Of a DNA stretch of 64,000 nt, positions 1 through 13,309 are shown in pieces. Numbering within the stretch: position 1 is the first letter of the stretch; every line of letters begins with the position of its first letter. The translations under genes and the position numbers were made by a program. The notes under the pieces are model-generated. The model made no database searches, was not told the origin of the DNA, and was given only the letters and a program-made list of their open reading frames with translations. The stretch comes from Macrostomum lignano (Eukaryota): the NCBI GenBank assembly GCA_002269645.1, contig NIVC01003576.1, positions 1 to 64,000 of the forward strand, read 5' to 3'.

Positions 1-154
1 TTTCGTGATATATAAATCCTAGCGTTAAAAAATCTTGTTATAATTCTAAGCGATAGAGAGCAAGATCTACGACCTCAAGATAAGCCTCAGATACATATAT
101 AGCCGACTTTTTAGCTGAATTGCAAACGATATATAAATTCAACAAAAGGTAGCC

Positions 155-3100
155 ATGTGCCACTGCATCAACAAGCTGGTCCTGGTGATTGTCAACATCG
201 TATTCCTACTAGCTGGAGCGGCTATTGTTGGCGTCTCCATCTGGGTGATCGTGTCTGCGGACTCAATGTTTAAACTCGTTCACCTGTGGCCACTCAGGGC
301 TCTGACAATATTAATAATGAAACCCTGATGAGGCTATAAGAGTTCGACTCAACACTGGTGGCAGCGGCTTACGTTATACTGGTATTCGGTGCCCTGTCAT
401 TCTTAATCGGATTCTGCGGCTGCTGCGGCGCCATCAGGAGAGCAGCTGCCTTCTCAGCATTGTGAGTCCAACTGTTAATGCCTAATGCTTGTAAATATGC
501 AAAATAACTCGCCACTTTTTAAGTACAGGTTTCTTCAGAATCTTGACCTTGATCCCCTTGGAGAATATTTCCGACCTCTGACTTCGACTAATTCCCTGGG
601 AGAATGTCCTTGACCTCTGACCGATCCCCTTGGGAGAATATCCTTGACCTTGACCCCTGGAAATTCCCTGACGATCGATGGGAGAATATCCTTGACCTCC
701 CAATTCCCTGGAAAATATCCTTTACCTCGGGCCAGTTTCTTGAACCTTGGGAGACTATTCACTGACCTTTGACCAAACCCTGGAAATTAGCTTTGGAATT
801 TAACAGATTCGATCGATGGGGGAAAATATCCTTGACCTTTAACTAATTCCCTAGGAAAATATCCTTGACCTTTAACCAATTCCCTGGGAAATATCCTTGA
901 CCTTTAACCAATTCCCTGGGAAATATCCTTGACCTTTAACCTATTCGCTGGGAAAATATCCTTGACCTTTAACTAATTCCCTGGGAAAATATCCTTGACC
1001 TTTAACTAATTCCCTGGGAAAATATCCTTGACCTTTAACCAATTCCCTGGGAAATATCCTTGACCTTTAATAATTCCCTGGAAAATATCCTTGACCTTTA
1101 ACTAATTCCTGGAAAATATCCTTGACCTTTAACCAATTCCCTGGGAAATATCCTTGACCTTTAACTAATTAATTCCTGGGAAAATATCCTTGACCTTTAA
1201 CCAATCCCTGCGAAAATATACTTGACCCATTCATTCATTCATTAGTACTCATTCAGTAGAGCGAGCGCGCCAGGCCTAACCGGGCTCTTACGCTAATTTT
1301 TATTTGAGTTCCAGTTTTGACGAAATAAAAGAGTATTTTCCAGTGATACCGTGTTCTAGTACAAAATATTGAGGGATAAAAAGGATCGAGGAAAAAGGGT
1401 GATGAAGAAATAGAAGCAGTATGACTTGAGAGTTTTAAATATATCGGGCAGTTAAAACAAATTAAGTCTCAATTAAATTTCAATTAAAGCTGAAAACAGA
1501 TAATAAAACTAAAAGAAATATTCAATGGTGTAAAATTATGTACAGTGCAAGAGGATTTAAATCTGAGAAGTATTGATTTCGTGGGCAGGGAGGAGGCTCT
1601 CTCTGCAAGGTCCTGGAGTCTCTATTTTAGTCTGCAATGGCATTTCTAAGTCTGGTGGTAACAGGAACTTTGTGACCTGGTCTGCGCTAATCTTTTAAAT
1701 CGAGGTCAAAACAGTGCACCCCTGTTAGGATAGCTTTTTTACACCATCTCTTGCCCAGGATCCAGATTCCCTCCTTGAACCTGGGCGTCTTAGAGATGTC
1801 GTGCAGACCTAACTAATTTTTGTGTACCTGGGCGCGTCAAGGGTTATTCTAAGCGCTTGGTTTTGAAGGACCTGGAGTTTCTGCACGAGCGAGTCCGAGG
1901 CATTAATTAGAACAGGAGCAGCATAAGTCATGCTACTTTCGATGTACGAGATCTACCCAGAAGTCTCAGCGCAAGTTGAGAAATCCTAGTGTTGCGTGCG
2001 ATTCTTCTGGGAGCATCGAGTTTGGACATTGTGATACCAGTTCTTTATCAAGCGTGATTCCAAGGAATGTGACCGAGTTGAAGTACTTGATTTCATCCTT
2101 GGCTTTCGTCGGATTGATGCTAATACCAATGTCGTCAAGCCATTGTTTCAAGATAGTTTAGATACTCATAAGGCGCTTGGTTGACATGCCGGATTTCCTG
2201 GCGCTTGCCCACACGGCAAGGTCATCTGCGAACTCGCTGATTTTGACCCGACTACCCAGAGGCCTAGGAATCGAACTCACGTAGACAATGAGGAGTAGAG
2301 GGGAAAGGACACCACCATGCGGAACACCAGCTGCCAGTTTGAAGCCTTTGCCCTGCCCACGAAGTCACACACCATCAAAAGCACCATTAACGTCGAAAAA
2401 GACACCTAGTGTATAGTTCTTGAGCTGGAGCATTTTAAGTACGTCATCTGTTAGCCGCACAATTTTATCAAATGTGCAATGGTCTTGTCGGTACGCACAT
2501 TGGTCTTCATTTATTATACCTTTGTTTTCAAGTATACTGCACAGGTTTCTTGCAATTACCTTTGCATATAGTTTCCCCAAACATGATGTTAAACTTGTAG
2601 GTCTGTATAGCTGCTGATTCCATTTTTATGATGGGTTTCGACCTTTCGGCCCATGATTCATCACCCGAGCCGCTTAGCTAACCTAGAGTGCACAGTGTAC
2701 ACCTCTGGAGCCGATTCTGCACTATTGGCAATTTCGCTCACTGATTTGATAGATTGATCGACTCACGACTGAGAACCGCCTTGCCATTGGTCCACTGTAA
2801 CCGGTAGCTAATAGTGGACCTAGTGGACCTAGGTAGCTAATAGCTACTAGCTTAGCTATTCATCTGAGCCATCGGCGAACAAAGAAATAAAACCGATAAA
2901 AATAACTGTCAGATTTAACCTTCTCCTCAGATCACTTCACACTTCAGATTGAATTGGAGTTTTAGACTACTAGCAGTATTATTGAATGACTTCTGCCTCA
3001 GCAACAGCACTACTGAACAAAAAGAGCAAAAGTGTGCGCCTAATCCAGCTACTGAAACAGGGGACAGATAAGGAATCACCCAATCAAGCAAGTCTAGGCA

Positions 3101-6100
3101 GCCTCTCACCCAACCAATCAGAAACTCAACAGCCGGAGACCAGGTAATCCACAGTGACCGAATCGGCTTAGTGCTTCGCAGCTGTAGACCCGGGATGGTG
3201 CTGATGTCACGGTCTTCGCAGATAGCTAGCAGGTGATGCTCTTAACTTTGATGTTCGCTGCTGATGACCGGGGACTCGTCCTTGATGATGATGGGGGAGG
3301 TCGCAATCCGGGGATCAAGAAACGACGGTCGCGCTCCGGGACGTCTCAATCTAGGCTAAGGTCCCAGGAGGAGTTGGTCCAAGCGGGCCAAAAACACCGG
3401 TTTAAATAGCCGCCAACTGGACCGCAGTTTGTTATAATGGAACACGTCGATTCTGATTGGCTGAGCCGATTTGTTAAAATGCGCGGCGAATTTTCTGATT
3501 GGCTAAGCTTGTTGCTACCCAGAATCACGTGACCGGGAGATCCTATCAGTTCCCACAAGGTTGTAAAAAGATGACAGGTGCGGCCATAAATCAATCAAAA
3601 TCGCAACAAAATGATTTATGACTTTTCGCGTAGGATTGACAGAAGTTAATGAAAAAATATACATTGGAAAGCTCTTATTAAATAGAAAGTGAAGATAATG
3701 AAGAGAAACCGCTAATCGCTAATCCCAAAGTACTTTTAGGGGTAAAACGCTTAGCTGTCAAAGCTGTCACACGCTTGAGTGAACATGAACAATAGGCTCT
3801 CATCTCATAAATCTTGATGGCCTGTCAAAATGATGAGAAAAGAGCTACCGCCCGCGTCCTCTCAGACCATTTGGCGCCCGCCTCAACACTGAGTGAGGCG
3901 CAGGTGGCTGTCAGACCAGCTTCGAAAGCGATGATTTATGACCCAAAAAGCTGCGCCTATGTTATTATGACTACTAGTATGACCAGACATTGTATCTAGT
4001 ATAGATTCTATGACAATTCGCAGAAAAAGGATAAAAATGCCTATTGCCCACTGTTAGTAGGCTAGTAAGTTTAGAGCCCATGTGCTAGCGCGGGATTTGG
4101 AAAAAAGTGCGTCCTCATCATTTAGCTTAACTTAATGATGGCCCTCCTCCAAGCTTTGGGAAAATAGCCCAGAAGAAAGCTATCCTAGCATTGAAGATTC
4201 TTGCTAAAAATTTGATAGAGTCGGGCTGAGCCCGAGCATAATTATAAGCAATGCAATTATCAGGACCAGGGGCCCATCCCGATCTGAGCTTTTTGGTTTC
4301 CATGAGGACATTGATGTTGAGGAGTTCGGATTCTGTGTCTTCCCTGTCTGGGTAGCTTGGATCTGCTCTAGCCCGGTACGAGAGAGCTCTAATATATAAT
4401 GCTGTCGTGGGGGCGGAATGTTTCATTAGACTCAACGTCCTTAATTTATCCTGATAAAAATTCGAGTTCTTATCCAGATGGGGCTGCATTTTATCATTGA
4501 GAAAGTCTTCAAAAAGGTTAGCCGTATCTTCCTCTGTTTCAGCTGTGATTCCCTTGTAACTAAGGTTGGGAAAGATAACCAATTCCCGGGAACAATAATA
4601 CCCTTGACCTCTGGACCACTTACTTGTAGGAACATCCTTGACCTACGAACTACTAGGTGAACTACTAAGAGTAGTCTAAAAGCGTATGTGCTTTTATATA
4701 AAACCTTATTATAATATTCCAGTATGCTGGCGCCGTCAGCATTGTGCTGATCGTGGAAATCGCCGGTGGAATCGCTGCCGGAGTCTTCAGGGCCCAGATT
4801 GGCACAGAGATGCTGCCTACACTCAAGCGGCTGGAAGCCACCCGCTACCTGCCAATTAACCTGGCCGTCAGCAACGACAGCAATCCTAACGCTGTGTTTT
4901 CCTCGCTAGTTAACTACGCTCAGGTGTCGGTAAGTAAAAATACCAACTTAATAAACTTGAAAAAATATAAAATTTTATTGTAATAAAAAGTCAGAATAAT
5001 AAAAATCTAGTATTTTACTATTAGTAAAGTACATAATATTTTAGATCGTTAAGTTTTAAAATTGCGCTAACTATTTTCCCTATATTTCTACTTAAAGTAC
5101 TGTAGTTAGTAAATTCTAATTATTATTAATTTTATACAAGCAACATTCTATAATTATTACTACAAGTAAGGTATAATGAAAATGCTAGATATATATATTA
5201 TGAGTAAATTGTATTTTAACTAATATTACTGTTTTCTCGGCCTATTAGAAAGTAGATGTAAGCATTTGTAATTTGTTGCGGGTAATAAGACTATAAATAG
5301 CTCGTATAAAATTTACACAAGTTTTCTGCACATATTCAACTAAATGTACAAGGCTGAAAAACATGTACTACTCAGAATTTATGCGCATGTCCTACATTCC
5401 AGATGTCTTGCTGCGGTGTCTCCAGCATGTCAGACATAACTGGCGTCAACACGCTGTGGACCAACTCCAGTCGGCAGTACAATGGCAAGACCATCGTTGT
5501 GCCGGTCACGTGCTGCAAGATGAACAAAAAAGACGAGCTGCTGTCCCACCAGAATTGGACTCGGATTGATGACTATCTGATTGATAGGAATTGTCCCTAC
5601 AATGCTAGCAGCTCGCAGATTAATAAGGAGGTAAGTTCACGGGTCGGGTTGCTCGCAGTCCCATAGGGAGGTGGGGCTACGGGGCGGTGAAACTACGGGT
5701 GGTGGGGCTACGGTGGTGGGGCTACGGGGTGGTGGGGCTATGGGGTGTTGGGGCTATGGGGTGTTGGGGCTACGGGGTAGTGGGGCTACGGGGGTGGGGC
5801 TATGGGGTGTTGGGGCTAAGGGTGTTGGGGCTATGGGGTGTTGGGGCTATGGGGTAGTGGGGCTATGGGGTGTTGGGGCTAATGGTGTTGGGGCCATGGG
5901 GTGGTGGGGCTACGGGTGGTGGGGCTACGGGGTGGTGGGGCTACGGGTGTGGGGCTACCTGGGTGGTGGGGCTACGGGGTGGTGGGGCTACGGGATGGTG
6001 GGGCTACCGGGGTGGTGGGGCTACGGGGTGGTGGGGCTACGGGGTGGTGGGGCTACGGGGTGGTGGGCTACGGGTGGTGGGGCTACGGGGTGTGGGGCTA

Positions 6101-9100
6101 ATGGTGTTGGGGCCATGGGGTGTTGGGGCTATGGGTGGTGGGGCTACGGGGTGGTGGGGCTACGGGGTGGTGGGGCTACGGGGTGTGGGGCTACCTGGGT
6201 GGTGGGGCTACGGGCGGTGGGCTACCGGGGTGGTGGGGCTACGGGGTGGTGGGGCTACGGGTGGTGGGCTACGGGGTGTGGGGCTACCTGGGTGGTGGGG
6301 CTACGGGGTGTGGGGCTACCGGGGTGGTGGGGCTACGGGTGGTGGGGCTACCGGGGTGGTGGGGCTACGGGGTGTGGGGCTACCGGGGTGGTGGGCTACC
6401 GGGGTGGTGGGGCTACGGGTGTGGGGCTACCGGGGTGGTGGGGCTACCGGGGTGGTGGGCTACCGGGTGGTGGGGCTACGGGTGTGGGGCTACGGGTGGT
6501 GGGGCTACGGGGTGGTGGGCTACCGGGGTGGTGGGGCTACCGGGGTGGTGGGGCTACGGGGTGTGGGGCTACCTGGGTGGTGGGGCTACGGGGTGTGGGG
6601 CTACCGGGGTGGTGGGGCTACGGGTGGTGGGGCTACCGGGGTGGTGGGGCTACGGGGTGTGGGGCTACCGGGGTGGTGGGGCTACCGGGTGGTGGGGCTA
6701 CGGGGTGTGGGGCTACCGGGGTGGTGGGGCTACGGGGTGGTGGGGCTACGGGGTGGTGGGCTACGGGGTGGTGGGGCTACGGGGTGGTGGGGCTACGGGG
6801 TGTGGGGCTACCGGGTGGTGGGGCTACGGGGTGTGGGCTACCGGGGTGGTGGGGCTACCGGGGTGGTGGGGCTACGGGGTGTGGGGCTACCGGGGTGGTG
6901 GGGCTACCGGGGTGGTGGGGCTACGGGGTGGTGGGGCTACGGGTGGTGGGGCTACGGGTGGTGGGCTACGGGGTGTGGGGCTACCGGAGTGGTGGGGCTA
7001 CGGGGTGTGGGGCTACCGGGGTGGTGGGGCTACCGGGGTGTTGAGGCTACGGGGTGGTGGAGCTGTGATCGGATTTTGGGGTAGTAGGTAGGTTATAAAT
7101 CATTTTTAAATTACGAGAGTAATTCACTAAAAAGTTTTGAGCCTGACACATGATCTGATGGTACATGTACATTGTAAGTGCTGAAAATCAATGCTCTAAA
7201 CACCGTGTGTGCACTGACGAAAGGGTGCCGCATCCTCCCGGCCCCCAATTCACCGGATCTGTCCGAGCGACTTCCACAGCTGTTTCAACACCTGCAGGTT
7301 TGAGGGATGATGAGCGCTGATCAAGGATGTCACAAGTGCAGAAAAAACTAAGCAAGCCTGCCTGATTTGCTCAGAACTTTTTAATCAGTGATACTAGGCC
7401 CAATCAGATTCGAAATTTCTATGCCAACTTTCAGGGCTGCTACGATAAACTGAATTCCTATATCGATCGCTACACCTTAGCCATCATAGTGGTTGGAATT
7501 CTGGTTGGAATGTTTGAGGTAAGCGACATCTATAATAACCATATAGGATGCCAAGTTTGATGCATTCTTGATGCAGCAAAAAACCTGCCACAAGAGTTGA
7601 CAATCAAGTTTTGTGACGGCGTGCAACTCCAAAGATAAAATGGACACATCAATATCCACCCTGGGCATACCCTATCATGAAGTAGACACACTCAGTCATG
7701 AAGTAGACACACTCAGTCATGAAGTAGACACACTCACTCATGAAGTAGACACACTCAGTCATGAAGTAGACACACTCACTCATGAAGTAGACAAACTCAG
7801 TCATGAAGTAGACACACTCACTCATGAAGTAGACACACTCAGTCATGAAGTAGACACACTCACTCATGAAGTAGACACACTCAGACATAAGATATAGACA
7901 CACTCAGACATGAGGTATAGACACACTCAGACATGAGGTATAGACACACTCAGACATGAGGTATAGACACACTCAGACATGAGGTATAGACACACTCAGA
8001 CATGAGGTATAGACACACTCAGTCATGAAGTAGACACACTTAGTCATGAAGTAGACACACTTAGTCATGAAGTAGACACACTTAGTCATGAAGTAGACAC
8101 ACTCAGTCATGAGGTATAGACACACTCAGTCATGAAGTATAGACACACTCACTCATGAAGTATAGACACACTCAGTCATGAAATATAGACACACTCAGTC
8201 ATGAAGTAGACACACTAAGTCATGAAGTAGACACACTCAGTCATGAAGTAGACACACTTAGTCATGAAGTAGACACACTCAGTCATGAAGTAGACACACT
8301 TAGTCATGAAGTAGACACACTTAGTCATGAAGTATAGACACACTCAGTCATGAAGTAGACACACTCAGACATGAGGTATAGACACACTCAGACATAAAGG
8401 TATAGACACACTCAGTCATGAAGTAGACACACTCAGTCATGAGGTATAGACACACTCAGACATGAAGTATAGACACACTCAGACATGAGGTATAGACACA
8501 CTCAGACATGAGGTATAGACACACTCACTCATGAAGTATAGACACACTCAGTCATGAAGTAGACACACTCAGTCATGAGGTATAGACACACTCAGTCATG
8601 AAGTAGACACACTCAGTCATGAGGTATAGACACACTCAGTCATGAAGTAGACACACTCAGACATGAAGTAGACACACTTAGTCATGAAGTAGACACACTT
8701 AGTCATGAAGTAGACACACTTAGTCATGAAGTAGACACACTTAGTCATGAAGTATAGACACACTCAGTCATGAGGTATAGACACACTCAGTCATGAAGTA
8801 TAGACACACTCAGACATGAGGTATAGACACACTCACTCATGAAGTATAGACACACTCAGTCATGAAGTAGACACACTCAGTCATGAGGTATAGACACACT
8901 CAGTCATGAAGTAGACACACTCAGTCATGAGGTATAGACACACTCAGTCATGAAGTAGACACACTCAGACATGAAGTAGACACACTCAGTCATGAGGTAT
9001 AGACACACTCAGTCATGAAGTAGACACACTCAGTCATGAGGTATAGACACACTCACTCATGAAGTATAGACACACTCAGTCATGAAATATAGACACACTC

Positions 9101-12100
9101 AGTCATGAAGTAGACACACTAAGTCATGAAGTAGACACACTCAGTCATGAAGTAGACACACTTAGTCATGAAGTAGACACACTTAGTCATGAAGTATAGA
9201 CACACTCAGTCATGAAGTAGACACACTCAGACATGAGGTATAGACACACTCAGACATAAAGGTATAGACACACTCAGTCATGAAGTAGACACACTCAGTC
9301 ATGAGGTATAGACACACTCAGACATGAAGTATAGACACACTCAGACATGAGGTATAGACACACTCAGACATGAGGTATAGACACACTCAGTCATGAAGTA
9401 TAGACACACTCAGTCATGAGGGATAGACACACTTAGACATGAAGTAGACACATTCAGTCATGAAGTAGACACACTTAGTCATGAAGTAGACACACTCAGT
9501 CATGAAGTAGACACACTTAGTCATGAAGTAGACACACTTAGTCATGAAGTATAGACACACTCAGTCATGAGGTATAGACACACTCAGTCATGAAGTAGAC
9601 ACACTCAGTCATGAGGTATAGACACACTCAGTCATGAAGTAGACACACTCAGTCATGAGGTATAGACACACTCAGTCATGAAGTAGACACACTCAGACAT
9701 GAAGTAGACACACTCAGACATGAGGTATAGACACACTCAGACATGAAGAAGACACACTCAGTCATGAAGTAGACACACTTAGTCATGAAGTAGACACACT
9801 TAGTCATGAAGTATAGACACACTCAGTCATGAAGTAGACACACTCAGTCATGAAGTAGACACACTTAGTCATGAAGTAGACACACTTAGTCATGAAGTAG
9901 ACACACTCAGTCATGAGGTAGACACACTCAGACATAAAGGTATAAACACTCAGTCATGAGGGATAGACACACTTAGACATGAAGTAGACACATTCAGTCA
10001 TGAAGTAGACACACTTAGTCATGAAGTAGACACACTTAGTCATGAAGTAGACACACTCAGTCATGAAGTAGACACACTCAGTCATGAAGTAGACACACTT
10101 AGTCATGAAGTAGACACACTCAGTCATGAAGTAGACACACTCAGTCATGAAGTAGACACACTTAGTCATGAAGTAGACACACTTAGTCATGAAGTAGACA
10201 CACTTAGTCATGAAGTAGACACACTCAGTCATGAGGTATAGACACACTCTGTCATGAAGTAGACACACTCAGACATAAAGGTATAAACACACTCAGACAT
10301 GAAGTATAGACACACTCAGTCATGAAGTAGACACACTCAGACATGAGGTATAGACACACTCAGACATAAAGGTATAAACACACTCAGACATGAGGTATAG
10401 ACACACTCAGACATGAGGTATAGACACACTCAGACATGAGGTATAGACACACTCAGACATAAGATATAGACACACTCAGACATAAGGTATAGACACACTC
10501 AGACATGAGGTATAGACACACTCAGACATAAAGGTATAGACACACTCAGTCATGAAGTAGACACACTTAGTCATGAAGTAGACACACTCAGTCATGAGGT
10601 ATAGACACACTCAGACATAAAGGTATAGACACACTCAGTCATGAAGTAGACACACTCAGTCATGAGGGATAGACACACTTAGACATGAAGTAGACACATT
10701 CAGTCATGAAGTAGACACACTTAGTCATGAAGTAGACACACTTAGTCATGAAGTATAGACACACTCAGTCATGAAGTATAGACACACTCAGTCATGAAGT
10801 AGACACACTCAGTCATGAAGTAGACACACTTAGTCATGAAGTAGACACACTCAGACATGAGGTATAGACACACTCAGACATGAGGTATAGACACACTCAG
10901 ACATAAAGGTATAAACACACTCAGACATGAAGTATAGACACACTCAGTCATGAAGTAGACACACTCAGACATGAGGTATAGACACACTCAGACATAAAGG
11001 TATAGACACACTCAGACATAAAGGTATAGACACACTCAGACATGAGGTATAGACACACTCAGACATGAGGTATAGACACACTCAGACATAAGATATAGAC
11101 ACACTCAGACATAAGGTATAGACACACTCAGACATGAGGTATAGACACACTCAGACATAAAGGTATAGACACACTCAGTCATGAAGTAGACACACTCAGT
11201 CATGAGGGATAGACACACTCAGTCATGAAGTATAGACACACTCAGTCATGAGGGATAGACACACTTAGACATGAAGTAGACACATTCAGTCATGAAGTAG
11301 ACACACTCAGTCATGAGGGATAGACACACTCAGTCATGAAGTATAGACACACTCAGTCATGAGGGATAGACACACTTAGACATGAAGTAGACACATTCAG
11401 TCATGAAGTAGACACACTTAGTCATGAAGTAGACACACTCAGTCATGAAGTAGACACACTTAGTCATGAAGTATAGACACACTCAGTCATGAAGTATAGA
11501 CACACTCAGTCATGAGGTATAGACACACTCAGTCATGAGGTATAGACACACTCAGTCATGAAGTAGACACACTCAGACATGAGGTATAGACACACTCAGA
11601 CATGAAGTAGACACACTCAGACATGAGGTATAGACACACTCAGACATAAAGGTATAAACACACTCAGACATGAGGTATAGACACACTCAGACATGAGGTA
11701 TAGACACACTCAGACATAAAGGTATAGACACACTCAGTCATGAAGTAGGCACACTCAGTCATGAGGGATAGACACACTCAGTCATGAAGTAGACACACTC
11801 AGACATGAGGTATAGACACACTCAGACATGAAGTAGACACATTCGGTCATGAAGTAGACACACTCAGACATGAGGTATAGACACACTCAGACATAAAGGT
11901 ATAAACACACTCAGACATGAGGTATAGACACACTCAGACATGAGGTATAGACACACTCAGACATAAAGGTATAGACACACTCAGTCATGAAGTAGACACA
12001 CTCAGTCATGAGGGATAGACACACTTAGACATGAAGTAGACACATTCAGTCATGAAGTAGACACACTTAGTCATGAAGTAGACACACTTAGTCATGAAGT

Positions 12101-12479
12101 ATAGACACACTCAGTCATGAAGTATAGACACACTCAGTCATGAAGTAGACACACTCAGTCATGAAGTAGACACACTTAGTCATGAAGTAGACACACTCAG
12201 ACATGAGGTATAGACACACTCAGACATGAGGTATAGACACACTCAGACATGAGGTATAGACACACTCAGACATGAGGTATAGACACACTCAGTCATGAGG
12301 TATAGACACACTCAGTCATGAGGTATAGACACACTCAGTCATGAGGTATAGACACACTCAGTCATGAGGTATAGACACACCACTGATCAATCATACAATA
12401 AAACCGATTGCAGATCATTTGCGTAGTCATGGCTTGCAGCATGGTTCAGAAGATTCGCAGCGAAAGGCAGAATGTGTAA
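155..12479 (+). CDS. Tetraspanin, 5 exons (155-461, 4723-4929, 5403-5630, 7435-7518, 12414-12479); exon 1 has frame disruptions as given
   Basis: TM1 NKLVLVIVNIVFLLAGAAIVGVSIW and TM2 LIGFCGCCGAI are in exon 1. Exon 2 has TM3 YAGAVSIVLIVEIAGGIAAGVF. The large loop carries CCG (MSCCG), PVTCC and the distal GC (GCYDKL). TM4 is AIIVVGILVGMFE|IICVVMAC, with TAA at 12477-12479. All four introns are GT-AG. Confidence 0.9.
540..1225 (+). repeat. ~31-33 bp minisatellite (GGAAAATATCCTTGACCTTTAACYAATTCCCT) in tetraspanin intron 1
   Basis: About 20 degenerate tandem copies are visible directly, with irregular 1-nt indels. Confidence 0.9.
1560..2635 (-). mobile_element. Degenerate non-LTR retrotransposon, 3' part of reverse transcriptase ORF (Jockey/I-group-like)
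   Basis: Minus-strand motifs include YRPTSLTSCLGKL, LGVFFDVNGAFDGV, AGVPHGGVLSPLL, ISEFADD and FLGITLD, with frameshifts. Confidence 0.85.
2636..4130. mobile_element. ~1.5 kb unclassified insertion interrupting the LINE RT
   Basis: The LINE reads GYFPKAWRRAIIK up to 4131 and resumes PIIK...YRPTSL at ~2635. The intervening DNA has no RT motifs. Confidence 0.55.
4131..4660 (-). mobile_element. Upstream part of the same LINE (linker before RT: APGPD ... GYFPKAWRRAIIK)
   Basis: ORF 4127-4582 contains KKLRSGWAPGPD and FLARIFNA, the usual pre-RT region of APE-type LINEs. Confidence 0.75.
5668..7065 (+). repeat. G-rich ~15-17 bp minisatellite (GGGGTGGTGGGGCTAC) in tetraspanin intron 3
   Basis: Direct tandem copies start ~37 nt after the donor at 5631. 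Confidence 0.95.
7675..12380 (+). repeat. 21/23 bp minisatellite (TCATGAAGTAGACACACTCAG / CATGAGGTATAGACACACTCAGA), 4.7 kb, in tetraspanin intron 4
   Basis: Direct tandem copies end ~33 nt before the acceptor at 12412-12413. Confidence 0.95.
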
Positions 12480-13309
12480 CTAATTCGGCAGAATGTGTAC
12501 AAAAAGGGAGAAATAAACAAAATGTTACAGTGTTTGAGTTTTTTAAAGCCTGTTTACATAAACCATTTGGCTATTTAAAAGCTGACGGAATCCTTTCCTT
12601 TTATTGAAGAATAATAAATTTAAATCGCGGGTAATGTTTTGTTTTAACTCAACGCAATTAATTAATAAAATCATTTATATAGCTACTAGCCATTTAAAAC
12701 ATAATTTCGTTATTGTTATTGATTATACCTGAACATGGTTATTCTGTAGAACTCAAACATTTTTTAATTAAAAAAACTGATGAATATTTGCGACCGTTTC
12801 GTGACGCTTTAACTTTAATTTGTTTTTTTCTCAACTTTTAACTCTTTAATTTGTTACTAGCTGATCTGTATAATCAATTAATATTATTGACTGCATAATT
12901 AAAACAAGTAGTTATTGATATTAAGCCAAAATATATTTTGCTTTGTACTTTGACATGACTGGTACATATTAAATATGAACGTATTGCTAATTAATCTCAT
13001 TTTTATCAGCTTCGCAATGAAAAATGTCAAAACCATTTTGCTTTGCTAAAGTTTGCTTGTATAACAATAATTGAACTATTTTTTATCAAGCGTATAAAAA
13101 TAAAACAAAAAAGCTACTTGTAATATTTCAAAGTTAATAATATGGCTGACGTCTAATTTGCTTTTAGTCCACGATGATAAATATATTAAAACTATAGCTA
13201 ATGATACTTTAATTTGCTATAGCCAGAAAAACTGCATCTGATCACACTCATTTTATATGAAGGCATTAGATGATTAGAGCGATAGAAAATCTACTTTAGG
13301 CTATTAAAA

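Noticed and set aside
5671-7091. Long Gly/Trp/Val-rich ORFs
   Set aside because: They are translations of the G-rich intronic minisatellite inside the tetraspanin gene.
7190-7330. GC-richer patch with CTGACGA and ATGATGA...CTGA, suggesting a hammerhead or C/D snoRNA
   Set aside because: No stem II-GAAA follows the CTGACGA, and the C and D boxes are only ~4 nt apart.
7675-12380. CRISPR-like regular repeats (also 28840-32612 and 57737-61916)
   Set aside because: There are no unique spacers or cas genes and the context is eukaryotic, so these are plain tandem repeats.
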